The notes under the pieces: generated by a model
Seen by the model: only the letters and a program-made list of their open reading frames with translations
Databases searched by the model: none
What the model was told of the DNA's origin: nothing
Shown here: positions 39,706 through 49,888 of the stretch, one piece after another
Layout: every line of letters starts with the position of its first letter
Numbering within the stretch: the first letter of the stretch is position 1
Translations under genes and position numbers: made by a program
Source of the DNA: an uncultured bacterium
GTDB taxonomy: Bacteria; Chloroflexota; UBA5177; JANWHV01
Assembly (NCBI GenBank): GCA_963729625.1
Contig: CAVSOU010000009.1
Span: 64,001-128,000, forward strand
DNA length: 64,000 nt
Reading direction: 5' to 3'

Positions 39706-40349
39706 TCCCGCCGGCACGGAGCCTTTCTTCGGTGCCTGTTTCCCGGAATCGACGCGCGCGAAGCCATCCAGGGCGGTCGCGGAGCCCGGCAGAGACCGCT
39801 CCAGACGTCGCCAGAGCTGGAGCGGCTGCACATCACGTGGACCGTCAGGGCGCGATCGTCAAGCCACCACGTGCTCTCGACACTCCAGTCCGGCTCCTCC
39901 GCGACCGTGTGGGCCAGTGCCTCGGCCTTCGGCAGCAGGCTGCCAGGGAAGACGTCGCCTGCACTGAGCCGGCGGGCCGAGAACTCCTGCTCGTGAATGA
40001 GGAAGCCGCGCAGCCAAGACCACACTTCTTGGTCGCCCGCCTGAAACCGGGCCGCCGCGGCTTCCACGTCGAGGCGCTCGTCAGGTGGGTCCAGCATGGC
40101 GCGGTTGTCGTCGTGATCCCCCTTCGCATGGGGCTCGATGCGGCCTGCAACAGTCATCGGATTCTTCGGCCAGCATTGGTGCCTCCCGTACTTGAGCCGT
40201 GCCCTCACGATGCCAGTGAGCCGCGGCCGCGGCTGCATGGAGGCGGTCGCCACTGGAGCGGTCAGGAACAGGGGTGCCGACCGCAGGGCAGCGCGCGGGT
40301 CGCGAGGCTCCGGTCGAGGACCGACCAGCCGAGGAGTGGGCGCCGCCAT
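39576..40349 (-). CDS. Hypothetical protein or decayed gene
   Basis: AAGGAGG RBS before ATG 40349 and a globular-looking middle, but 3' end overlaps the convergent Gfo gene by 130 bp. Confidence 0.35.
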   Translation of the reverse strand: MAAPTPRLVGPRPEPRDPRAALRSAPLFLTAPVATASMQPRPRLTGIVRARLKYGRHQCWPKNPMTVAGRIEPHAKGDHDDNRAMLDPPDERLDVEAAAARFQAGDQEVWSWLRGFLIHEQEFSARRLSAGDVFPGSLLPKAEALAHTVAEEPDWSVESTWWLDDRALTVHVMCSRSSSGDVWSGLCRAPRPPWMASRASIPGNRHRRKAPCRRDQSPAAKSDRRRISSCAVIGTRSSDEASTAAAQARSVSPSTPS

Positions 40350-40630
40350 CGGGCTCCTCCTTCCCGCCGCTCAAGGGATTGCGGCGGGGCGGGCCCCATC
40401 AGCAATGTGCCCGAAGTCAACACGTCAGGCACCTCCGCACCTCACCGTATACCGCGACCGCGATAACATCAATTGCCAGACGGCACCCGATATGACGCCA
40501 AGCGTCATGATGTGCGATGAGCGGCCCGATGTTCCATGCTCAGTCTCCGACGATGGCCTTCATCAGGGCAGCTTCTTCGGCGTCGCGGTCGGCAACCGAA
40601 ATGGGCATGGCCAGAATATATCCCTGCGGC

Positions 40631-40843
40631 CTACTGGATGAGGTTGGCAACCCTGTCTCGCTGATCCGGAAAGAGGTCCGCAGGGACCGCTTCGGCTCCC
40701 TTGGCTATGAGCATTATCCGGCGCGCGCACAGCCGAAAGATGCCTCGGCAATACTCTCTCTTGATCAATTCACTGGTGCCGGGCATGTTGGCAAGGCGAT
40801 CGGAAAAGAACGGACACGCCGACAGCCTGTCGCATTCCTGCAT
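40631..40843 (-). CDS. Small four-cysteine conserved hypothetical protein (70 aa)
   Basis: MQECDRLSACPFFSD...YCRGIFRLCAR...VPADLFP; AAGGA RBS. Confidence 0.75.
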   Translation of the reverse strand: MQECDRLSACPFFSDRLANMPGTSELIKREYCRGIFRLCARRIMLIAKGAEAVPADLFPDQRDRVANLIQ

Positions 40844-41247
40844 CAACTCGTCCTTCATGCGTTGGCAGGCGATAAGCTCGCGCCTCGCCCTGCCCAGCCC
40901 AACGGCAAATCTGGGCGCGCGTCTTCGCGGGCCGTCGCCAGCTGACCCATCTCGAGGCATTCTATCATCTCACCTGACCATGTGAAAGTACTGGCTCCCA
41001 GGCTTGCTATCCCACCATACGGTTATGACTGCCCGGCTCGAAAGGGCGACACGCCCGTCGTCCAGCAATACGATGTCTGGGCCGAAGGCGTTCGCGATAT
41101 CGTCGTCCCGATCCGCTGGGAGGCAGCCTGGTTTTGCACTTTGAGCCCCAGTTGGTCATGCTTGACTGTAGCAGCCGCGGCGGCTACGTGGGCCTCAGCC
41201 CAGGTTGGCCGGCGCCGGCCAGGCTTGTTGTTCCAGAGGCAGGCAAA

Positions 41248-41637
41248 ATGCGCCGCAAGGGAATTCGCCTGAGCCCGCAAGATTTCGAGTCAGAGGTCGC
41301 GCGCGCGCTCGAAGACATACCGGAGCCGTTCGCGAAAATGCTGGATAACGTGGCGATCGTGGTCGAAGACGAGCCAGACGCGGAGACGCGCGCGGCACAC
41401 GGGCCGATTCTCGGGCTCTATGAGGGAGTACCGTTGACCGCAGGCACCGAGGGATTCGAGCCGAGCATTCCACCGTGTATCACGATCTTTCAACGCCCTC
41501 ATGAGCGCGCCTGTCAAACGCTGACCGAGCTCCGCTCGGAGATTCGTGAGACCGTCCTGCACGAAGTAGCTCACCAATTCGGCATGGACGACAGCGATCT
41601 GGATGCCCTTGGGCCGCTGCGGCCTCAGCGTCGCTGA
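41248..41637 (+). CDS. Minimal zincin-like metallopeptidase family protein
   Basis: NVAIVVEDEP, LGLYEGVPL, ITIFQRP, TVLHEVAHQFG (HExxH). Confidence 0.9.
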   Translation: MRRKGIRLSPQDFESEVARALEDIPEPFAKMLDNVAIVVEDEPDAETRAAHGPILGLYEGVPLTAGTEGFEPSIPPCITIFQRPHERACQTLTELRSEIRETVLHEVAHQFGMDDSDLDALGPLRPQRR

Positions 41638-42172
41638 GCCTGTCTCCGGAGTGCAGCGCGGCACTGCTATCGCCGCGCGGTTGGGCACCCCTCTCGAATC
41701 GTGTCAGCAGACGCGGCACACTGCCAATAGCGCTCTCCGGGAGCCCGGATGAAGGCCCTAGTGCCCGATGCGCGCGGACATTCTTGGTGTGGCATGTGTC
41801 GGGCCCAGGCAAGGCAGAAGGATCGAGGGCTCTTCTTGCGCCTCGGTGCTACCATGTGCGAGACGGCGACGTCGCACCCGGCACGTACCCTGAGTCGCAC
41901 AGGCTGCCGGCATCATACAGGGAGATGCAGATGGCCCGATTCGGATCAGGAGTGCTAAGCGGAGCGATCGGCGGAGCCGGTATGGCCATTTCACCCATGC
42001 GGAATGTCGCGCGGTGTGAGCTATCTGCGTTCGCGTCGCCGGGTCAAACGGCGGCTCGCTCCCTTCCAGGGCGAACCGGCCACTCGCGAGTGCGCCACGG
42101 CGCCGCGACGACGACCAAGGCGATCACGTCTATGGCTGGACCATATCGGTCATCTGCGACTCGCAGGTTCGG

Positions 42173-43642
42173 ATGATCGATACTGTCCGAGCCCATGCGC
42201 GAGCCCGGCCCGTGAACAAGTGGGTGACCTTCGTGGTAGTGGCCATCTCTGTCTTCATGGCCACCCTGGATGGGTCAATTGTGAACATCGCGCTGCCGAC
42301 GGTTGCGGCGTACTTTCACACCGGGATCTCAGGTGAGATCGAATGGGTAGTCATTGCATATCTGGTTGTAATCGCGGCGCTACTACTGTCGATCGGCCGG
42401 TTATCCGATGTCGTGGGCCGCAAGGCCATCCTGTTCTGCGGCGTGGCGATCTTCACGTGCGGCTCAGCCCTGTGCGGCGCGGCACAATCTCTGCCCATGC
42501 TGATCCTCTCGCGTGCCCTGCAGGGAATCGGCGCCGCGCAGATGATGGCGGTGACACCGGCTATCCTGACCGGGGCTTTCGCGCCTGCCGAGCGGGGCAG
42601 AGCGCTGGGTCTCAACGCGCTGGTCGTGGCCATGGGTACCAGTGTCGGACCCACCCTGGGAGGTGTCATCACCCAGCAAACAAGCTGGCGATGGATCTTC
42701 TTCGTGAATCTGCCTGTCGGCGCGGTTGCTCTGCTCGGCATTGCGCTTCTCTTGCAGGACACTGTCGAGCGGCGCCCGCTGCGGCTCGACCTGGCCGGCA
42801 CATTTGGCGTGGGCATCAGCTTGGCATCGTTGACGCTCGGGCTGTCGTTTGGACAGGAGTGGGGCTGGACATCAGCGCGACTGGTTTGGACGCTTGGCGT
42901 CGCGCTCGTGGCGGTCGTGCTCACGGCGCTGCTTGAATCACGCGCGCCCGATCCGCTCATCGACGTGTCGCTGTTGCGCCGGCGGGTATTTGCCTCCGCT
43001 AACGCCAGCTTGGTTCTCAGCTTTCTGGCCCTTTTCGCGGTCTCGTTTGTCATGCCCTTCTATCTGGAGGAGTTGCGCGGGTACTCCGCCCAGGACGCAG
43101 GGTTTCTGCTGACGCCGCTGCCGCTCACGATTGCGGTCGTAGCGCCCTTTGCCGGCGCGCTTGCCGATCGCATCGGCACGCGCTGGCTCGCTGCAGGCGG
43201 CCTGACGATAGCGTGCTCGGGTTTGCTGCTCCTCGCCGAACTCTCAGCCACCGCCACGGCGTGGGATGTCGTGTGGCGGCTCGTCGTGATCGGCCTGGGC
43301 CAAGGCCTGTTCCAATCACCGAACAACAGCGCGCTCATGGGCGCCGCTCCGCGCCAACAACAGGGACTGGCGGCGGGCTTCATGGCTACAGGTCGGGTGG
43401 TGGGTCAGAGCATGAGCGTTGCCCTGGCCGGCGTCGTGCTGGGCGCGTACGGCAGTACCTCCGCCGGTGCGATGCTGGCGCGGCTGCGGGAGGTGCCGCC
43501 GAGCCCGCGTCAACTGGCGCCGCTGGAAAACACGTTTCTAACGGGCTTTCACGCGGCCTTTGTCGTCTGCGCCTGCGTGGCCGCGTGCGGGATCCTCACT
43601 TCGCTGGTTCGCGGCCAGGACCATCGCGCGGGAAAAGCCTGA
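42173..43642 (+). CDS. MFS drug:H+ antiporter, DHA2 (EmrB/QacA) family
   Basis: LDGSIVNIALP, GRLSDVVGRK, WRWIFFVNLPVG, FQSPNNS; about 14 TMs. Confidence 0.93.
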   Translation: MIDTVRAHARARPVNKWVTFVVVAISVFMATLDGSIVNIALPTVAAYFHTGISGEIEWVVIAYLVVIAALLLSIGRLSDVVGRKAILFCGVAIFTCGSALCGAAQSLPMLILSRALQGIGAAQMMAVTPAILTGAFAPAERGRALGLNALVVAMGTSVGPTLGGVITQQTSWRWIFFVNLPVGAVALLGIALLLQDTVERRPLRLDLAGTFGVGISLASLTLGLSFGQEWGWTSARLVWTLGVALVAVVLTALLESRAPDPLIDVSLLRRRVFASANASLVLSFLALFAVSFVMPFYLEELRGYSAQDAGFLLTPLPLTIAVVAPFAGALADRIGTRWLAAGGLTIACSGLLLLAELSATATAWDVVWRLVVIGLGQGLFQSPNNSALMGAAPRQQQGLAAGFMATGRVVGQSMSVALAGVVLGAYGSTSAGAMLARLREVPPSPRQLAPLENTFLTGFHAAFVVCACVAACGILTSLVRGQDHRAGKA

Positions 43643-43650
43643 GAGCGAGC

Positions 43651-44931
43651 CTACCGCCGCGACCGGCCCAAAGCCTGATCCAGGTCCTCGACGAGATCCC
43701 GGCGATCCTCAATGCCGACGCTGAGTCGAATCAGCCCGTCGGAGATGCCGGCGTTGGCCCGCGCGCGGGGCGTCATCGACGCGTGGGTCATGCTGGCCGG
43801 ATGCGAGACCAGGCTTTCTACTCCGCCGAGGCTTTCGGCAAGTGTAAACCAGCGCAACGAGCGGAGCACTGTGTCCACTGCCCTCCGCGATCCGTCCACC
43901 AGCTCAAAACTGACCATGGCGCCGAATCCTTGCTGTTGGCGCCTGGCAAGCGCGTGCTGTGGATGGCTCGGCAATCCAGGATAGTTCACTTTCGCCACCG
44001 CGACATGGTTAGCGAGGTGTTCGGCGACTGCCTGCGCGTTGGTCTCGTGCGCGGCCATGCGCAGCGCCAGGGTCTTGATGCCCCGCAGGACGAGAAAGCA
44101 GTCGTGCGGGCTCTGGCAGGTTCCCATGAGGTTGTTCAGCGATGCGATGCGCTGCGCGAGCGCATCCCGGTCGGGACCGGCAACGACGACGCCCCCAATG
44201 ACGTCGCTGTGACCATTCAAGTATTTTGTCGTACTGTGCACGACCAAGTCTGCGCCAAGATCAAACGGACGCTGCAGGAGCGGTCCGAGAAACGTGTTGT
44301 CCACGACCGCGAGGGCGCCTGCCTCCCGCGCCATGCGGGCCACCAGCGCGATATCCGTGAGCCGCAGGAGCGGATTGGACGGCGTCTCAATCCAGACCAT
44401 GCGCGTGTTCGGTTTGATCGCGCGCGCGACTGCATCCAGATCCATCAGGTCCAGATAGTCCACAGATAAGTTGTTGACCTGTCTTGCGTGCTCGAACGTC
44501 CGAAACGATCCGCCATAGCAGTCGATAGTGCACAGAATGTTGCTTCCGGCCTCCACCAGATTGAGTGCCAGCAGTACCGCGGCCATTCCGCTCGAGGTGC
44601 ACGTTGCGCCCGAGCCCCCTTCGAGCCGATTGATGGCGTCTTCCAACCGCGCGCGCGTGGGATTCCCGCTTCTCGAGTAGTCAAAGCCGGCGTTCGTGCA
44701 CAGGTCGCTAAAGGCAAAGGTCGAAGTCTGATAGATTGGCGGCGCGACACTGCCAAACGCGGGGTCGGGCAACGCTCCGACGTGGACGCACTTCGTGCCG
44801 GGCTGTGCCGCGGACAGCAGGAGCGGCCGTTCGCCCCAGCCGGCCTCCACTTTGGTCCCGGGCGGCACCACGGAGAAATGATATGCCGGGTTGCCCGGCA
44901 CATTGGAATCGACGTGCGTATCCTCGTTCAT
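43651..44931 (-). CDS. metB: PLP-dependent cystathionine gamma-synthase/lyase family enzyme
   Basis: PPIYQTSTF, YSRSGNPTR, IETPSNP, DNTF, HSTTKYLNGHSD, AESLGGVESL; exact activity not resolvable. Confidence 0.85.
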   Translation of the reverse strand: MNEDTHVDSNVPGNPAYHFSVVPPGTKVEAGWGERPLLLSAAQPGTKCVHVGALPDPAFGSVAPPIYQTSTFAFSDLCTNAGFDYSRSGNPTRARLEDAINRLEGGSGATCTSSGMAAVLLALNLVEAGSNILCTIDCYGGSFRTFEHARQVNNLSVDYLDLMDLDAVARAIKPNTRMVWIETPSNPLLRLTDIALVARMAREAGALAVVDNTFLGPLLQRPFDLGADLVVHSTTKYLNGHSDVIGGVVVAGPDRDALAQRIASLNNLMGTCQSPHDCFLVLRGIKTLALRMAAHETNAQAVAEHLANHVAVAKVNYPGLPSHPQHALARRQQQGFGAMVSFELVDGSRRAVDTVLRSLRWFTLAESLGGVESLVSHPASMTHASMTPRARANAGISDGLIRLSVGIEDRRDLVEDLDQALGRSRR

Positions 44932-45102
44932 GGCGGCCCTCCCGACACAAGCATAACGGGTCGGGGATCTAGGGATCCATGCCCTGGCCCGCCTGATCGC
45001 CCTCCGATGTTGCGGACCGGCGACGTGTTACGTCGTGCCGGCGTAACACGCCTGCAGAGGAAGGCGGCGTCCCGTCCCAGCCGAGACGGATTCTCTGTGC
45101 CC

Positions 45103-45838
45103 TCAAATGATCTGTGCCTGCGGCAGCGCCACAATATCTCGAATTGTCAGACGCCGCGGCATCCTCAGCATGAAGTTGATGAGCTCGGCAACATCCTCGG
45201 AGCATAGACCGCGCCGTTCACGCAACCCCGCGGCCACCTCGGCGGGGTCGGTGACGCCCCAAATCTCATTGAGCACCATCCCAGGGGAAACACATGCGAC
45301 GCGCAGCCCGTGCGGCGCCACTTCCTTCCTCAGCAGGCTGACCAGCGTCATGACGCCGTGCTTGCTGGCGCTGTAGACGGCCTCGTCCTCAATGTCCTGA
45401 TGGCCGGAGATCGACGACGTGACGATGATGTCGCCGTCCTGTTGTGCGATCATGTGCGGCAGTACCTGTTTGATGCAGCGGATCACGCCAATCAGGTTCG
45501 CGTTGACGATTGCCACGAGTGTCTCGGTGTCGACATCGGCAATCCTTCCTTGCGCGAACTGCCCGGCGTTCGCCAGGAGAATATCGATGCGCCCGAAGCG
45601 GTCGAGCGTGTTCGCTATGAGGTCCTCGACGTCGCGCGCTCGGGAGACGTCGGTCAGGCACGGCCAGCGCGACCCCAGTCCCCAATCCAGCTTGGAGCGC
45701 CTGCAAGCGATCAGCGCGCCGTCCAGCTAGCGTCACGCGCACGCCCTGACCGACCAGTAGCCGCGCTGTTGCCGCGCCGATGCCAGACCCGGCGCCCGTG
45801 ATAATGGCAACCTTGCCTCTTAGGTCCTGCGTTTCCAT
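45103..45838 (-). pseudogene. SDR oxidoreductase (ribitol dehydrogenase-like), one-base insertion near 45655
   Basis: ITGAGSGIG in one frame; TDVS...LANAG...YSASK in another; removing one base at GTG CCTG ACC restores VPTDV. Confidence 0.82.
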
Positions 45839-46002
45839 ACTCAATCCATTTCGGTAGCGCGGAACGGCACTCAGCGGTTGCACCTGCCATTCCCATGTGT
45901 TCGAAAGTATAGTCCAAGAAACACCGCCCTGCATGCGCTGCGGAGACCAGCGCGTCATAATGTGTAAGAATCCGTCATCTGGTGTGAGACACGGCTGTCG
46001 TT

Positions 46003-46011
46003 TGCTATAAT
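46003..46011 (+). promoter_or_regulatory. Extended -10 promoter
   Basis: TGCTATAAT about 30 bp upstream of the DeoR gene. Confidence 0.6.
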
Positions 46012-46040
46012 CCCACGTGAGGGAAGTGACGTTGAGCGAC

Positions 46041-46871
46041 ATGGCGATCCACACTCGATCGCCCCGGCCGGACGAGTCGCGGTTGTTGCCGGAACAGAGA
46101 CAGCTGCAAGTTGCGGCATTGCTGGCTGGGACCGATGCGGTCGCGCTGGACGACCTCGCCCGGCGGTTCGGAGTGTCGGCGCAGACCATCCGCCGCGACC
46201 TTGCGCGGCTCGAACGCAAGGGTCTGGTGCGACGGACCCATGGCGGCGCGGTCACGCGCGACGCGCTCAACTTGAGTGAGCCCGCGTTCATTTCTCGGCA
46301 AAGCGAGCACGCTGCCGAGAAGAAAGCTATCGCCCATGTGGCCCTCAGCCTGTTGCGTCCGGGCGAGAGTCTCTTTCTCGACGCGTCGACCACAGTTCTC
46401 GCGCTGGTCAACCTGCTTCCTCCGGACTGGTCCGGCGACGTCGTGGTGACTTCGCTTCCGGCGGCTGTCGAAATGTCGCGTCTCGCGGGCGTCCGCCTCA
46501 TGGTCGTGGGCGGAGAGTTCCGCCACTCGTCGCGGTCGTTCGGCGGTCCTCTGGCCGAGGAGATGCTCGAGCGGTTGGCGGTTAGCACCGTCCTGATGTC
46601 AGCTCGCGCGATCCACCATCGTCTTGGTCTCATGGAGGCTCACGCCGGAGAGGCCGCGCTCAAGCGAAGTATTCTGGCACGCGCCGACCGGGTGATAGTG
46701 CTCGCGGACAGCAGCAAGCTCGGCAGGGTTGCCATCCATAGGGTCTGCGGAGTCGACCTCGCGCGTGCCCTGATTACCGACTGTGGCGCCTCCGCGGATG
46801 AGCTCGATGGCCTGCGTCGAGTTCCCTGCGACGTGCGTGTCGCCGACGTGCCCGGCGCCGAAGCTCGCTGA
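46041..46871 (+). CDS. DeoR/GlpR family transcriptional regulator
   Basis: HTH FGVSAQTIRRDL, RTHGGA, LDASTT, LADSSKLG; start uncertain. Confidence 0.93.
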   Translation: MAIHTRSPRPDESRLLPEQRQLQVAALLAGTDAVALDDLARRFGVSAQTIRRDLARLERKGLVRRTHGGAVTRDALNLSEPAFISRQSEHAAEKKAIAHVALSLLRPGESLFLDASTTVLALVNLLPPDWSGDVVVTSLPAAVEMSRLAGVRLMVVGGEFRHSSRSFGGPLAEEMLERLAVSTVLMSARAIHHRLGLMEAHAGEAALKRSILARADRVIVLADSSKLGRVAIHRVCGVDLARALITDCGASADELDGLRRVPCDVRVADVPGAEAR

Positions 46872-47185
46872 GCTGGCGGTCGCTCGGCAGCCCGCCGCAC
46901 GCCGGTGCTCTCCCCACCTGCGAGCGTTTTTCGCCTGGCTGGTCCGGCGCGAACGGAGCGCGGCGGTGTGCGTGGCAGGCGCTGCACGGTCCAGAAACAC
47001 GCACGCCCTGACGACCACTCATGGCATGATTATGTGGTATTATGGTCGGCGGTGAGCAAAGCTGACCAATGTCGGTGCGTTCGCGGCGGCAGGTCGCTAG
47101 TGGGTAACCTTTCACGTTTATGGCCTTTCCCGGTGCGCGAGAATCTGGTCGGCCTGAAGGCCACGGCTGGGCGACCGGGTGAGGA

Positions 47186-47208
47186 CACCCACTCTTGTGG
47201 GTACCCGG
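47186..47208 (+). repeat. Copy of dispersed ~23-bp hairpin element
   Basis: CACCCAC-TCTT-GTGGGT-ACCCGG, near-identical to 6485-6507. Confidence 0.75.
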
Positions 47209-47324
47209 GCGTGAAGGCCGGAGTCTCACGCGAAGCGACAGTGGCCATGAGCAACGCACTTGACCCACGAACAGGGCGGTAATGCGTTTTGTCGCACGGG
47301 TTGCGGCACGGTCTGGAGTCGTGA

Positions 47325-48131
47325 ATGCTTGCGTTCGAGAGGCGGATGGCCCTGGCGGAACTGCTCGAGCAGAGCCCCGTGCTGACGGTCGACGACCTCG
47401 CGCGTCGCTTCACCGTGTCGCCACAGACGGTCCGCCGTGACTTCCAATACCTTGAGCAGAAGGGCCTGATCACGCGGAGGTATGGTGGCGCCGTGGCGCG
47501 CGAGGACGACCAGTCCGGCCGTGAACGTGCGTTTGTTGCGCGCGAGTCCGAGAGAATGAGCCAGAAGCGAGCGCTTGCGGCAGCCGCGTTGGACCTTGTG
47601 AAGCCGGGCACGACGGTGATCATGGATGCGTCGACAACCATTCTCGAGCTGGCTCGGGCTCTCCCGTCGACCATTCAACTCACTGCCATAGTCAATGCGC
47701 TGCCGATTGGCATGGAGCTGAGCCGGCGATCCCAGGTGTCGCTCACGATGCTCGGAGGAACGCTGCGGCACACGTCGCTTTCCTTCAGCGGCACTATCGC
47801 CGAAACCGCCCTCCGGCGCCTGTTTGTCGACACAGCCTTCATTTCAGTGCGAGGCCTATCCCTTCAACACGGTTTGACTGAGGCCAACGTCTCGGAAGCG
47901 TCGCTCAAAGAGATCATGGTGCACAATGCCTCGAGTGTAATCACGCTAGCCGACAGCACGAAGCTCGAAAGGATGGCCTTAAGCTACTTCGCGCCTGTTG
48001 CCGCCATCGGGGTACTGATTACCGACGATGGAGCCGACCCACAGATCGTGGCGCAGCTTCGCGACGCCGGGATCGACGTTCGAGTGGTGTGGACGGGCGC
48101 GCAGACGGAGATTGCGGCCAGGCGCGCATGA
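47325..48131 (+). CDS. DeoR/GlpR family transcriptional regulator (probable rhamnose locus regulator)
   Basis: FTVSPQTVRRDF, RRYGGA, MDASTT, LADSTK; adjacent to rha operon. Confidence 0.93.
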   Translation: MLAFERRMALAELLEQSPVLTVDDLARRFTVSPQTVRRDFQYLEQKGLITRRYGGAVAREDDQSGRERAFVARESERMSQKRALAAAALDLVKPGTTVIMDASTTILELARALPSTIQLTAIVNALPIGMELSRRSQVSLTMLGGTLRHTSLSFSGTIAETALRRLFVDTAFISVRGLSLQHGLTEANVSEASLKEIMVHNASSVITLADSTKLERMALSYFAPVAAIGVLITDDGADPQIVAQLRDAGIDVRVVWTGAQTEIAARRA

Positions 48132-48202
48132 GCCGGACGAGATCAGTACAGGGTAATGCCGAGGCCGAAAGTGCACAGTAGCGCTCAGGATTTAATGTAT
48201 AT

Positions 48203-48231
48203 TTGACAACAACGCTCAACAGTGGTAGTGT
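48203..48231 (+). promoter_or_regulatory. Sigma70-type promoter of the rhamnose operon
   Basis: TTGACA-17 bp-TAGTGT with TG extension and AT-rich upstream sequence. Confidence 0.65.
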
Positions 48232-48370
48232 TGCTCCAGCGTTTTGCGTCTGGAAAGCAGGCTGAATTGTATCGCACGCCTATCTGTTTCGCGAGCAGAG
48301 CGCTGCCATTCGGGCTGGCAGTTAGGTGGTGCGGCTGCACACCAGATCGGAACGATTCTTGGAGGTAGAG

Positions 48371-49888
48371 ATGCACGGCCGGGTGCCGATCCTGCGGCTG
48401 GAGAACATCAGCAAGTCATTTGCCGGAGTCCATGCCTTGCGCGACGTGTCATTTGAGGTATATGGCGGCGAAGTGCACGCACTCGTAGGCGAAAACGGCG
48501 CCGGCAAGTCGACGCTGATCAAGGTCCTGGCGGGCGTCCATAAGCCCGATACAGGTCATGTGTTCGTGGACAGCAATCCGGCCGAAATCGGATCGCCGTC
48601 CGCTGCGCAGTCGCACGGCGTGGCAGTGATCTATCAGGAACCGACTCTGTTTCCCGACTTGAGCGTGGCCGAGAACGTGCTGATGCGGCGGCAGCCAGTC
48701 GACCGTTTGTACAGAATTCGCTGGCCGGCGATGAACGCATCTGTCCAGAGTATTCTGGACAACCTCGGCGTGTCGATTGCAGCTAACAACAAAGTGCGAG
48801 GTTTGAGCATCGCCGACCAGCAAATGGTCGAGGTCGCGAAGGCGCTGTCGATGAATGCTCGCGTGCTGATCATGGACGAGCCGACAGCCGCGCTCACTCC
48901 GCGCGAGGTCCGTGACCTGTTCGCGATCGTCGACCGGCTGCGCGCCAACGGAGCCGCCGTTGTCTTCATCAGCCATCGACTCGAGGAAGTGCTCCAGATC
49001 GCGGATCGCATCACGGTGCTGCGCGACGGCCAGCAAGTGGCGACCATGCCGCGGTCAGAGGCATCCTCGGAGAAGTTGGTGCAGCACATGGTGGGTCGTC
49101 CGCTCAGCGTGCTGTTCGAGCGCGGAGCGAGCAACGTCGGCGACCCCTGTCTCGAGGTACGCGGACTCAGCCGCGGCCGCATCTTCCAGAACATCGACCT
49201 CGAAGTGCGGCACGGCGAGATCGTCGGACTTGCCGGCCTTGTTGGAGCCGGAAGGTCGGAAGTTGCGCGGGCTATCTTCGGTATCGATCGCCCCGATGGC
49301 GGCAGCGTGCTGCTTGACGGCCGCGAGCTCAGGATACGGAGCGCTCGGCAGGCCGTCCGCCTGGGTCTGAGCTATGTGCCTGAGGATCGTGCCGCCCATG
49401 GATTGGTGGCGCCTATGTCCATTCAGCACAACGTCACGCTGGCGATCCTTCGTCACGTGAGCGGGGCGGGCTGGACACGCGACGCGCGAGAGCGAGTCGT
49501 TACCCAGGAGTACGAGTCGCGCTTGCGCATTCGCATGTCTGGTGTCAGGCAGAGGGTGCGTGAGCTGTCGGGCGGGAATCAGCAGAAGGTCGTGCTGGCG
49601 AAATGGCTGGCCACGCAGCCAAAGGTCCTCATCCTCGACGAACCCACGCGCGGTATCGACGTCGGCGCCAAGGCGGAGGTCCACCGGTTGATGGGCGAGC
49701 TGGCCGGGCAAGGGCTGGCTATCCTCATGATCTCATCCGAGCTGCCCGAGGTACTGGCGATGAGCGATCGCATCGTTGTCATGCGCGGCGGCCGCATCGC
49801 CGGCCGATTTACGCGCGGCGAGGCCACGCAGGAGTCGATTATGGCCGCGGCAGCGGGGCAAACAGTGGTGGAAGGAGTCGCGTCGTGA
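48371..49888 (+). CDS. rhaT: Rhamnose ABC transporter ATP-binding protein
   Basis: [35 protein letters not shown]; GGAGG RBS; substrate from context. Confidence 0.88.
   Translation: MHGRVPILRLENISKSFAGVHALRDVSFEVYGGEVHALVGENGAGKSTLIKVLAGVHKPDTGHVFVDSNPAEIGSPSAAQSHGVAVIYQEPTLFPDLSVAENVLMRRQPVDRLYRIRWPAMNASVQSILDNLGVSIAANNKVRGLSIADQQMVEVAKALSMNARVLIMDEPTAALTPREVRDLFAIVDRLRANGAAVVFISHRLEEVLQIADRITVLRDGQQVATMPRSEASSEKLVQHMVGRPLSVLFERGASNVGDPCLEVRGLSRGRIFQNIDLEVRHGEIVGLAGLVGAGRSEVARAIFGIDRPDGGSVLLDGRELRIRSARQAVRLGLSYVPEDRAAHGLVAPMSIQHNVTLAILRHVSGAGWTRDARERVVTQEYESRLRIRMSGVRQRVRELSGGNQQKVVLAKWLATQPKVLILDEPTRGIDVGAKAEVHRLMGELAGQGLAILMISSELPEVLAMSDRIVVMRGGRIAGRFTRGEATQESIMAAAAGQTVVEGVAS

Noticed and set aside
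44932-45102. SAM riboswitch upstream of metB
   Set aside because: SAM-I core elements (ATC..GAG, GCAACC, GTGC) not found in the required order
45389-46633. 414-aa minus-strand ORF
   Set aside because: Mostly antisense to the DeoR gene; only the part from 45838 is the SDR N-terminus
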